The notes under the pieces were generated by a model. The model was not told the origin of the DNA. It ran no database searches and saw nothing but the letters and a program-made list of their open reading frames with translations. The translations under genes were made by a program, and so were the position numbers. Shown piece after piece: positions 55,641 through 64,000 of a stretch of DNA of 64,000 bases (position 1 is its first letter; each line of letters opens with the position of its first letter). Source of the DNA: an uncultured Chloroflexia bacterium (GTDB taxonomy: Bacteria > Chloroflexota > Dehalococcoidia > DSTF01 > JALHUB01); the NCBI GenBank assembly GCA_963703345.1, contig OY969814.1, positions 1,952,001-2,016,000 of the forward strand, given 5' to 3'.

Positions 55641-56081
55641 ATGGAAAGCAACGTTCTGAAGGTGAAGCGTCTCCGCCCGGATGCCCGACTCCCCGAGCGC
55701 GCGACGGAGGGCTCCTCCGGCCTCGACCTCTTCGCCTGCATCGACGGTGATGGGCCGCTCGTGATCGGCAGAAAGCCTGTGCGCGTCGGAACGGGCGTTG
55801 CTATCGAGTTCCCGCGCGGCTTCGACGTGCAGGTGCGGCCGCGCTCCGGACTGGCGACCCGAGGTGTGGGCGTGACGCTGGGGACGATCGACAGCGACTA
55901 CCGCGGCGAGGTGCTGGTCACGATGTATGTCTTCGGCGAACGCGAATCGCACGAGATAAGGAACGGCGACCGGATAGCGCAGTTGGTAGTGACGCGCCTG
56001 GGGGAGCTGCCGGTGGTCGAGGCGCAGGAACTGACCGAGACGGCTCGCGGCACGGGCGGCCACGGGTCGACCGGTCAGTAG
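55641..56081 (+). CDS. dut: dUTP diphosphatase
   Basis: SGLDL, RPRSGLA, GTIDSDYRGE, DRIAQ, RG.GG.GSTG. Confidence 0.95.
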   Translation: MESNVLKVKRLRPDARLPERATEGSSGLDLFACIDGDGPLVIGRKPVRVGTGVAIEFPRGFDVQVRPRSGLATRGVGVTLGTIDSDYRGEVLVTMYVFGERESHEIRNGDRIAQLVVTRLGELPVVEAQELTETARGTGGHGSTGQ

Positions 56082-56398
56082 GCACTGCCAGAGGCCTCAA
56101 AATCGATTTCTTACGTGTTGTCCGGCCTAGTCCCGCCACCATGCCCAGGGCGGACAACCCGCGGAGTCGGTCCGTGACGGCCCGGTCGCTGAGAGCGAGG
56201 GATTGGCCGCTTGGAGCCCCTCCTGTATTCAACATTCTGCCCCCAATCGGCCGCATTCTGAATCAGGATTCTCCTCATAGACCCTCCGACAAACCCCTAC
56301 TTCCGGAGACCCTGCGATTCGACGGTGGCGGACGAAGGGGAGTTCCTCGCATTCCCCGCGACAGCGCTGAAAGCTTAGAATAGATCCGTAAAGAGATC

Positions 56399-57529
56399 AT
56401 GACTGAACCCACGAGACGTCCTCTAACCGATGTCGATTTCGACCGGACGCCGTTCACGGTCGCCTGGGAGATTACACGCGCCTGCGCCTACGCCTGCCTC
56501 CACTGTCGAGCCGAGGCGCAGCCGAAGCGTGACCCGCACGAGCTTACGACTGAGGAAGGCTTCCACCTCATCGACGAACTCGTTGAGGTGGGCGGACCGA
56601 TCCTGATAGTGACCGGCGGCGACCCCATGATGCGCCCGGATATGCTCGACCTGGTGCGCTATGCGACGAAAAGCGGCCTGCGCGTCGCGCTGGCGCCGAC
56701 GGCGACGAAGCTAGTGACGCTGGAGCGGCTACGAGAGGCGCGGGAGGCCGGCGTCGCGCGCGTTCAGATCAGCCTCGACGGGTCGCGGGCGGAGGTGCAG
56801 GACGCCTTCAGGGGCCGGCCCGGCTCGTTCCAGCGGACGCTGGCGATCCTGGAGGACATTCGGAGCGTCGGCATCTCGCTGCAGATCGGGACGACGGTGA
56901 GTCGCTACAACATCGACGATCTGGAGGCGATTGCCGGCGTCGTCGCGGAGCACGGCGCTGTGATGTGGAGCCTGTTCTTCCTGGTGCCTACCGGTCGCGG
57001 CAGGCGCGAGGACATGGTGTCGCCGGAGGAGCACGAGCGGGTGTTCAACTGGCTGTACGACTTGTCGAAGACGGCGCCGTTCGACGTGCGGACGACGGCA
57101 GCGCAACACTACCGGCGGGTCGTCATCCAGAGGCGCCGCCGCGAGGAAGCGCCGTCGCCGGGCGGGTTGCTGGTGACGGGCGCCGGCTACAGCTTCGCTG
57201 ACGGGCTCGGGCAATCGAGCCGCGGCGTGAACGACGGCAACGGCTTCGCCTTCATCAGCCACACCGGCGACGTCTGCCCGAGCGGCTTTCTGCCGCTGCC
57301 CGGCGGGAATGTGCGCGAGCAGTCCTTCGTCGATATCTACCGCGACTCGCCGCTCTTCCGCGACCTGCGCGACTATAGCAAACTCAAGGGCAAGTGCGGC
57401 GTCTGCGATTTCCGCGCCGTCTGCGGCGGCTCGCGGGCGCGGGCCTTCGCCGTCAGCGGTGACTACCTGGAATCCGACCCCTACTGCGTCTACCAGCCAC
57501 CATCGGGGGGAGATGCGAATGGCCGTTGA
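56399..57529 (+). CDS. Radical SAM/SPASM protein of the AhbC/AhbD/NirJ group
   Basis: WEITRAC...CLHCRAEA, TGGDP, LVPTGRG, C-terminal KCG.C.FR.VCGGSRARA...DP.C; adjacent to ahbA/B. Confidence 0.88.
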   Translation: MTEPTRRPLTDVDFDRTPFTVAWEITRACAYACLHCRAEAQPKRDPHELTTEEGFHLIDELVEVGGPILIVTGGDPMMRPDMLDLVRYATKSGLRVALAPTATKLVTLERLREAREAGVARVQISLDGSRAEVQDAFRGRPGSFQRTLAILEDIRSVGISLQIGTTVSRYNIDDLEAIAGVVAEHGAVMWSLFFLVPTGRGRREDMVSPEEHERVFNWLYDLSKTAPFDVRTTAAQHYRRVVIQRRRREEAPSPGGLLVTGAGYSFADGLGQSSRGVNDGNGFAFISHTGDVCPSGFLPLPGGNVREQSFVDIYRDSPLFRDLRDYSKLKGKCGVCDFRAVCGGSRARAFAVSGDYLESDPYCVYQPPSGGDANGR

Positions 57530-57980
57530 GCTGGACAAGAAGGACAAGCAACTGCTTAACGATCTTCAGAGCGGGCTGCCGCTGTCGTCGCGCCCGTTTC
57601 AGGAGGTCGCCGAGAGGCTGGGGCTGAGCGAAAGCGAGATCGTCCGGCGGCTGCGGCGGTTGCTGGACGAAGGTGCGTTGAGCCGTGTCGGGCCGGTGCT
57701 CGACACAATGGCGCTGGGCGGCGCACGGACCCTGGGGGCGATGCAGGTGCCACCCGAGCGCCTGGAAGAGGTGGCGGCGTTCGTCAGCAGCTTCGATGCC
57801 GTCTCCCACAACTACGAGCGAGAGCATAGCTTCAACCTGTGGTTCGTGGTGTCGTCGGAGGACCCGGCGGAGGTGCGACGGGTGCTGGCGGAGATTGCGA
57901 CGAAGACGAAGCTGCCGCTGATGGAGCTGCCGGCGCTGGCGGAATACTTCGTGGGGGTGCGGTTCCATTTTGATGTCTGA
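57519..57980 (+). CDS. ahbA: Siroheme decarboxylase subunit AhbA (Lrp/AsnC-like)
   Basis: LQSGLPL..RPF, VSHNYEREH.FNLWF. Confidence 0.85.
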   Translation: MAVELDKKDKQLLNDLQSGLPLSSRPFQEVAERLGLSESEIVRRLRRLLDEGALSRVGPVLDTMALGGARTLGAMQVPPERLEEVAAFVSSFDAVSHNYEREHSFNLWFVVSSEDPAEVRRVLAEIATKTKLPLMELPALAEYFVGVRFHFDV

Positions 57981-58500
57981 CGATCGGCTGAGCGACGACG
58001 AGCGCCGGTTGTTGGTGGCGGTGCAGGACGGCCTGCCGCTGGTCGAGCGGCCGTACGCAGCGGTTGCCGAGCGGCTGGCCTGGACGGAAGAGCGCGTCAT
58101 TGCGCTGCTGTCGTCGCTACTGGAGCGAGGCGTGGTAAGGCGGATCGCCGCGGTGCCCAATCACTACGCGCTGGGCATAACGGCGAACGGCATGGCGGTC
58201 TGGGACGTGCCGGACGAAGAGATCGATGCCTTCGGTGAGCGGCTGGCGGCGAGAGTCGAGGTGACGCACTGCTATCGACGACTGCGGCGTCCGCCGGAGT
58301 GGCCGTACAACCTCTATGCCATGGTGCACGGCCGGTCGCGGGAAGAAGTGCTGTCGACGGTGGGTCGAATAGCGTCCGAAGCCGGTCTGGCGGGCTTCCC
58401 TTCGGAGATCCTGTTCAGCGTGCGACAGTTCCGAAAGCGGGGCGCACGCCTTCGCGAGACGTTTCGCGAGAATGCGGAGAAAAGCGGCGATTCTCGTTGA
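57973..58500 (+). CDS. ahbB: Siroheme decarboxylase subunit AhbB
   Basis: QDGLPLV.RPY, NGM.VW, VTHCY.R...P.WPYNLYAMVHG, LFS...F.K. Confidence 0.87.
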   Translation: MSDDRLSDDERRLLVAVQDGLPLVERPYAAVAERLAWTEERVIALLSSLLERGVVRRIAAVPNHYALGITANGMAVWDVPDEEIDAFGERLAARVEVTHCYRRLRRPPEWPYNLYAMVHGRSREEVLSTVGRIASEAGLAGFPSEILFSVRQFRKRGARLRETFRENAEKSGDSR

Positions 58501-58558
58501 CAGGCGCACGGGGCCGCAATAGGATCATATCGCAAGATATTCGTTCCGCTGGTCCTTC

Positions 58559-59851
58559 ATGCCACAGGTCAATCTCCTCGAGAAAAGGAGAGGCGTGTAC
58601 GGCACTCTGGCCCTGACCCCCAAGTCGCTAAAGGACTACGCGCCGGCAGCCGGCAAGGAGAAGATCGACGAGCTTGTCGAGCTTTCCTCGCCGCTGAAGG
58701 GTCTCCGTGTCCTCAATCTGAGCGTCACCGCCTTCGGCACCGGCCTGGCGGAGTTGCTGCGCTCTTCGGTGCCCCTGTTCTGCGATCTCGGCATCGACTG
58801 GCGGTGGCAGGTCGTGCGCGCCGACGAGGAAGCGACGAAGGTGAACAAGGCGATGTACCGGGCGCTGGCCGGCGGGCGGGCGGAATGGACGCCGGAGATG
58901 ACGGAGACGTGGCGTCGCTACACGGTGATGAACGCCGAGCTTCTGAACGAGGACTTCGACGTCGTCATAGTCCATGACCCGCAGCCGGCGGCTATTCGCT
59001 CTTATGTCGACTCGGGCAGGCGAGGCAGGCGCTGGGTGATGCACTGTCACATCGACCTGTCGGCGGCGCAGGCGGACGTGTGGGAGTTGCTGGAGGGACA
59101 TCTTCAAGACTACGACTGCTGGGCATTCGAGGACGAGCAGTTCGCCGGCAAGGCACGGACCATGCCTACCGGCAGGCAAGCGTCGCGGCCCTGCAAGGTT
59201 ATCGCGCCAGCTATCGACCCGCTGGGGCCGCGCAACATCCAGCTTTCCGCCGACGCGACCGCCTACATCCTGGGGCACTACGGGATCGACGGCGAACGGC
59301 CGCTCGTCGCGCAGGTGGCGCCGATCAATGAGGAGAACGATACGTTGGGCGCGCTCGAAGTGTACCGGACGATGCGACGGGAGGTGCCGGACCTGCAGCT
59401 CGTCCTTCTGGCGCCGTCGCCGCCGGACGAATCGGCCTACCCCTATTTCGAGCGGGTGAGAGCGAAGGCGGCGGAGCTCCCGGACGTGCACATCCTTGCC
59501 GACCTTAATGATGTCGGCAACGTGGAGGTCAACGTTGTGCAGAGGGCCTCGTTCGCGGTGATGCAGCGCTCTCTGCAGCGCGGCTTCGGCATCTGGCTGT
59601 CGGACGCGCTCTGGAAGGAGACGCCGGTCGTCGGGGCGCGCATGGGAGGCATTCCGAAGCAGGTGCTGCATGGCCGCACAGGCTATCTTGCCGGCAGCGA
59701 CGCCGAGTTCGCCGATTGCCTGCTCCGGCTGATGCGGGAGCCGGCGACGGCGCGCGAACTGGGGATTGCGGCGAGGCGCCATGTGGCCGAGAATTTCTTG
59801 GTATGCCGTTTTGTTGCGGATTACCTGTCTTTGCTGCGGGAGATTAGTTAG
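58559..59851 (+). CDS. TreT-like GT4 glycosyltransferase, degenerate donor-binding motifs
   Basis: HDPQPA, HCHIDL, PAIDPL, GGIP.Q present; SRFDPWK and EGFG motifs altered. Confidence 0.82.
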   Translation: MPQVNLLEKRRGVYGTLALTPKSLKDYAPAAGKEKIDELVELSSPLKGLRVLNLSVTAFGTGLAELLRSSVPLFCDLGIDWRWQVVRADEEATKVNKAMYRALAGGRAEWTPEMTETWRRYTVMNAELLNEDFDVVIVHDPQPAAIRSYVDSGRRGRRWVMHCHIDLSAAQADVWELLEGHLQDYDCWAFEDEQFAGKARTMPTGRQASRPCKVIAPAIDPLGPRNIQLSADATAYILGHYGIDGERPLVAQVAPINEENDTLGALEVYRTMRREVPDLQLVLLAPSPPDESAYPYFERVRAKAAELPDVHILADLNDVGNVEVNVVQRASFAVMQRSLQRGFGIWLSDALWKETPVVGARMGGIPKQVLHGRTGYLAGSDAEFADCLLRLMREPATARELGIAARRHVAENFLVCRFVADYLSLLREIS

Positions 59852-59950
59852 GTAACATTGAATTGGGCGCTTTTGTCGGAGGAGAGGAGGGGCCCCGGTG
59901 CGCAAGGCTTTTGAACTGATTGAGATGACCCCGAAAGAGCCTATCGGAAA

Positions 59951-61264
59951 ATGTTGAGTTCGATTCCCACAACAGCAAGAACCCTGGAGAGCTATCGCTC
60001 CCTGATCGGCGACGAGGAGACTGAGGAGATCCGCGAGCTTGCGGAGCCGCTGCGGGGCGCGCGCGTCCTTCACGTCAACTCCACGCCGTTTGGCGGCGGC
60101 GTCGCCGAGATACTGAACTCCTTCGTGCCGCTGATGGCGGACATCGGGATGGCGGCGGAGTGGCAGGTCATCCGCGCGGGCGACGATTTCTTCCGCGTGA
60201 CGAAGAGCATGCACAACAGCCTTCAGGGGATGCTCATCGACTGGACGCCCCAGATGTGGGACCTGTGGCTTCAGTACAATCGCGCCAACGCGGAGATGTT
60301 CGACGAGGAGTATGACTTCGTCATCATCCACGACCCGCAGCCGGCGCCGATCCTGTCCCTGTTGACGGAGTTGCACGGCAAGCGGCCGCCCGGGAAGTGG
60401 GTCTGGCGCTGTCACATCGACCTGACGGACGCGCAGGTGCAGGTGTGGGACGTGCTGCGTCCGCACGTCGCGCTTTACGACGCGGCGGTCTTCACGCTGC
60501 GCAACTACATCAAGGAGGACCTCAGGGGACCGATCCCCTTCTTCATACCGCCGTCGATTGACCCGTTCAGCCCCAAGAACGCGGAGATCCCAGAGGACAC
60601 GATTGAGGCGATCCTGCGCAACCACGAGCTGGACCCACAGCGGCCGATCATCGTGCAGGTCTCGCGCTTCGACCCGTGGAAGGACCCGCTGGGGGTCATC
60701 GACGTCTACCGGCTGGTGAAGCGCGAGGTGCCGGAGGTGCAGCTCGTGCTCGTGACGTCGATGGCATACGACGACCCGGAAGGCTGGGCCTGGTATGAGC
60801 GCACAGTGCGCCGCGCCGGCGAGGACATGGACATCAAGGTGCGCACGAACTTGAACGGCGTCGGCAACGTGGAGGTGAACGCCTTCCAGCGAGCGGCGAG
60901 CGTGATCATCCAGAAGTCGGTGCGGGAGGGATTCGGCCTGTCGGTGACGGAGGGGCTGTGGAAGGCGCGGCCGGTGGTCGCCGGCAACGTGGGCGGCATT
61001 CCGCTGCAAATCATCGACGGCAAGACGGGGTACCTCGTGAACACGGTGGAGGAATGCGCGCAGCGCGTGCTGCACCTGCTGCGCAATCCGGCGGAGGCGG
61101 AGGAGATGGGGTGTCGCGGCCGCGAGGCGGTGCGACGCCACTTCCTGACGACACGCAATCTGCGGGACTACCTGCGGATCCTGCGGACGATCTCCGGCAT
61201 AGGCCCGCTTCAGCGGGACAAGGTGCCCGTCGGCGTGGACAAGGGGTCGGGCAGGACGAGGTAG
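59951..61264 (+). CDS. treT: Trehalose glycosyltransferring synthase
   Basis: NST..GGGVAE, HDPQP, WRCHID, QVSRFDPWKD, QKS.REGFGL.VTE.LWK. Confidence 0.9.
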   Translation: MLSSIPTTARTLESYRSLIGDEETEEIRELAEPLRGARVLHVNSTPFGGGVAEILNSFVPLMADIGMAAEWQVIRAGDDFFRVTKSMHNSLQGMLIDWTPQMWDLWLQYNRANAEMFDEEYDFVIIHDPQPAPILSLLTELHGKRPPGKWVWRCHIDLTDAQVQVWDVLRPHVALYDAAVFTLRNYIKEDLRGPIPFFIPPSIDPFSPKNAEIPEDTIEAILRNHELDPQRPIIVQVSRFDPWKDPLGVIDVYRLVKREVPEVQLVLVTSMAYDDPEGWAWYERTVRRAGEDMDIKVRTNLNGVGNVEVNAFQRAASVIIQKSVREGFGLSVTEGLWKARPVVAGNVGGIPLQIIDGKTGYLVNTVEECAQRVLHLLRNPAEAEEMGCRGREAVRRHFLTTRNLRDYLRILRTISGIGPLQRDKVPVGVDKGSGRTR

Positions 61265-61320
61265 AACGGTCCATCAAGACGGCCGCCCTACGCGAAACTG
61301 CGTCGGGCAGGCTATAATGT

Positions 61321-61371
61321 AGACAGCCGCAGGCAGGCCGTAGGACAAGGCCCGGCGGCTGTCTTTCTTTC
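61321..61371 (+). terminator. Hairpin with U-tract between treT and tldD
   Basis: AGACAGCCGC...GCGGCTGTCT followed by TTCTTTC. Confidence 0.5.
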
Positions 61372-61396
61372 GCGCGGAGCCAGTAAGGAGGCAGCT

Positions 61397-62839
61397 ATGC
61401 GCGATCTCGTTTCCCGCGCGCTCGATACAGCCAGGCAGCAGGGCGCCACTTACGCCGACGTTCGCGTTGTGGACACGCGCGCGGAGTCGATTACGGTCCG
61501 CGGCCCGCATGTCGAGGGGCTGACGGCCGATGAAGGCCTCGGCTTCGGCGTGCGTGTGATTGTCGACGGCTACTGGGGATTCGCGGGAAGCCACCGCGTG
61601 ACGGCAGCCGAGGCGGACCGGGCAGCGGCGCAGGCGGTGACGATAGCGCGGGCGTCGGCGCGGGCAGGCGGCCCAAGGGCGACAATCGGCCCACCGGAAG
61701 TCCACAGCGACAACTATCGCACTCCCTTTCGCATAGACCCCTTCGCCGTGTCGCTCGACGACAAGATAGCGCTCCTCCTGCGCACGAACGAGGCGATGAT
61801 GCGGGTGAAGGGCGTCGTGATCGCGGAGTCGAACGTCTACTACCAGCGGGAGAAGAAGGTCTTTGGCAGCAGCGAGGGGAGCCTCATCGAGCAGGAGCTG
61901 CTGGAGACGGGCTGCGGCATCGAGGCGACGGCTGTCGACGAGGGCGAAGTGCAGCAGCGGTCCTACCCCAACAGCGTCGGGCGGCACCAGGGCACCGAGG
62001 GCTGGGAGTTCGTGGAGCGCTACGACCTGGCGGGCAACGCGCAGCGGGTCGCGGAAGAGGCGTCGGCGCTGCTGACGGCCAAGCCCTGTCCGGCGGGCGT
62101 CATGACCGTAATTCTCGACGGCAGCCAGCTCGGATTGCAGGTACATGAGAGCTGCGGGCACGCGACGGAGCTGGACCGCGTGCTCGGCACCGAGGCGGCC
62201 TACGCGGGCACGAGCTTCCTGACGACCGACAAGCTGGGCTCCTTCCGCTATGGCTCGCCGGTGGTGAACCTGACAGCGGACGCGACGATCCCCGGCGGCC
62301 TCGGCACGTTCGGCTACGACGACGAGGGCGTGCCGGCGCAGCGAACGCCGCTGGTGGCAGACGGGCTGTTCGTCGGCTACCTGACGTCGCGGGAGACGGC
62401 GGCGGCGATAGGACAGCGGAGCAACGGGGCGATGCGCGCCTCGGGCTGGAACCGCATTCCGCTGATCCGCATGACGAACGTCAACCTGGAGCCGGGCGAT
62501 TGGACGCTGGAAGCGCTCATCGCGGACACGGATGATGGGATATACATGGAGACGAACCGGAGCTGGAGCATCGACCAGCGACGGCTCAACTTTCAGTTCG
62601 GCACAGAGCTGGCGCGCGAGATCAAGAACGGCAAGCTGGGCGACCTGGTGAAGAACGCGACCTACACCGGCATCACGCCTCAGTTCTGGGGGAGCTGCGA
62701 CGCCGTCTGCAACCGCGACCACTGGGTCGTCTGGGGCACGCCGAACTGCGGCAAGGGGCAGCCGGAGCAGGTGGCGCACACCGGCCACGGGACGTCGCCG
62801 GCGCGCTTTCGCAACGTTCAAGTCGGCGTCTTGAAGTAG
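61397..62839 (+). CDS. tldD: TldD-family metalloprotease
   Basis: HESCGH.TELDR, DDEG, RMTN, CGKGQP. Confidence 0.92.
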   Translation: MRDLVSRALDTARQQGATYADVRVVDTRAESITVRGPHVEGLTADEGLGFGVRVIVDGYWGFAGSHRVTAAEADRAAAQAVTIARASARAGGPRATIGPPEVHSDNYRTPFRIDPFAVSLDDKIALLLRTNEAMMRVKGVVIAESNVYYQREKKVFGSSEGSLIEQELLETGCGIEATAVDEGEVQQRSYPNSVGRHQGTEGWEFVERYDLAGNAQRVAEEASALLTAKPCPAGVMTVILDGSQLGLQVHESCGHATELDRVLGTEAAYAGTSFLTTDKLGSFRYGSPVVNLTADATIPGGLGTFGYDDEGVPAQRTPLVADGLFVGYLTSRETAAAIGQRSNGAMRASGWNRIPLIRMTNVNLEPGDWTLEALIADTDDGIYMETNRSWSIDQRRLNFQFGTELAREIKNGKLGDLVKNATYTGITPQFWGSCDAVCNRDHWVVWGTPNCGKGQPEQVAHTGHGTSPARFRNVQVGVLK

Positions 62840-62860
62840 CCCGGGAAGGCAGAGGATATA

Positions 62861-64000
62861 ATGCTGCCCGACGAGACAGAGCTCAAGAACATCGGCGACC
62901 GCCTGCTGGCGATGAGCCGCGCCGACCAGACGGAGGTGCTTCTCTTCGCGACGCAGTCGGCGCTCACCCGCTTCGCGAACAGCTACATTCACCAGAACGT
63001 CGAGGAGACCGGCGTCGAGGTCAGCGTGCGCGCCGTCATCGGCAAGAAGATCGGCGTGGCCGGCACGAACATGCTCTCCGACGAGTCGCTGCGGGCGCTG
63101 GTGGAGCGGGCGGCGGCGCTGGCGGAGCATCAGAAAGAGAACGAGGACTTCCGCTCGCTGCCGGGGCCAGAGCCCGTGCGGCGCATCGACGCCTGGGTCG
63201 AGCAGACAGCGGCGTTCTCGCCGGACGACCGGGCGGGCGTGGTCGCCGTCATTTGCGACGCGGCCCGGAACGCCGGTGTCACGGCGGCGGGCGCTTTTCG
63301 CACGTCGGGCAGCGCCGTCGCGATCGCGAACTCGCTGGGCATCTTCGCCTATCACCGCGAGACGAGCGCGGACATCAACACAACGATGATGGCCGACGGC
63401 AGCGGCTACGCGGCGCGCATTTCGCTGAACGTGGGCGAGATCGACGGCAAGGCGCTGGCGGCGGAGGCCATCGACAAGTGTCTGCGCAGCGCGAACCCCG
63501 TTTCGCTGGAGCCCGGCGAGTACGACGTCATTCTGGAGGACTACGCGACTTCCGACATCCTGGACTATCTTGCCTACCTCGCGTTCGGGGCGCAGCCGTA
63601 CCAGGAGAAGCGCAGCTTTATGTCGGGGCGGCTTGGAGAGCGGGTGGTCGGGGAGAACATATCGATTTGGGACGACGGGCTATCCCCGGAGACGATGCCG
63701 ATGCCGTTCGACTTCGAGGGCGTGCCGAAGCGGCGCGTCGAGCTGATTTCGGACGGTGTGGCGAAGGGCGTCGTCTGTGACAGCTACTACGGCGGCAAGG
63801 AGGGCAAGCCTTCGACGGGCCACGCGCTGCCGGCGGGACTGACGTACGGGCCAATGCCGTCGAACCTCTTCCTGAAAGCGGGCGAGGCGACCATCGACGA
63901 CATGCTGGCGTCGACGGAGCGGGGCATCTGGGTGAGCCGCTTCTGGTATACGCGGCCGGTGCATCCGCTGAAGCTGATCGTGACGGGCATGACGCGTGAC
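62861..64000 (+). CDS. TldE/PmbA-family protein (3' truncated)
   Basis: ATG at 62861, MLPDETELK...LTRFANS.IHQN, LEPG.Y.VILE, PFDFEG.P, TGHA, TGMTRD; open to the window end. Confidence 0.88.
   Translation, partial: MLPDETELKNIGDRLLAMSRADQTEVLLFATQSALTRFANSYIHQNVEETGVEVSVRAVIGKKIGVAGTNMLSDESLRALVERAAALAEHQKENEDFRSLPGPEPVRRIDAWVEQTAAFSPDDRAGVVAVICDAARNAGVTAAGAFRTSGSAVAIANSLGIFAYHRETSADINTTMMADGSGYAARISLNVGEIDGKALAAEAIDKCLRSANPVSLEPGEYDVILEDYATSDILDYLAYLAFGAQPYQEKRSFMSGRLGERVVGENISIWDDGLSPETMPMPFDFEGVPKRRVELISDGVAKGVVCDSYYGGKEGKPSTGHALPAGLTYGPMPSNLFLKAGEATIDDMLASTERGIWVSRFWYTRPVHPLKLIVTGMTRD

Noticed and set aside
56240-56360. Weak repeats (AGGATTCTCCTCAT / AGGGGAGTTCCTCGCAT) upstream of the ahb cluster
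   Set aside because: Too degenerate to call a binding site without comparative data.

Overview
GC-rich bacterial chromosomal window. The gene set (alpha2-type GlyRS, GuaB3, bacterial translin, K+-independent H+-PPase, TreT pair, Ahb genes) suggests Chloroflexota, probably Dehalococcoidia-like; this is inference. It is mostly housekeeping: ade, glyQS, hppA, otsAB, rarA, mutS2, rsmI, prfA/prmC, hisS, rel, uvrA, rnhB, ftsH, nfo, dut, ahbAB, treT, tldD/E. Several small accessory inserts sit among these genes. The most notable signals are: (1) an NYN-domain RNase gene faced by a consensus TTGACA/TATAAT promoter that drives a short, structured, apparently non-coding RNA (candidate RNA-antitoxin/RNase-toxin pair); (2) a type II tRNA with a Leu-type body but a Ser (UGA) anticodon arm, downstream of an orphan gene and convergent with translin; (3) a KTSC - OLD nuclease - RNase J-like - RmuC - PAS operon whose promoter shares a LexA-box-like motif with uvrA; (4) an SRA-like/HNH nuclease fused transcriptionally to uvrA; (5) a tRNA-Val 3' att-like scar next to orphan tad pseudopilin genes. 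All calls come from reading motifs by eye; no database searches were run.
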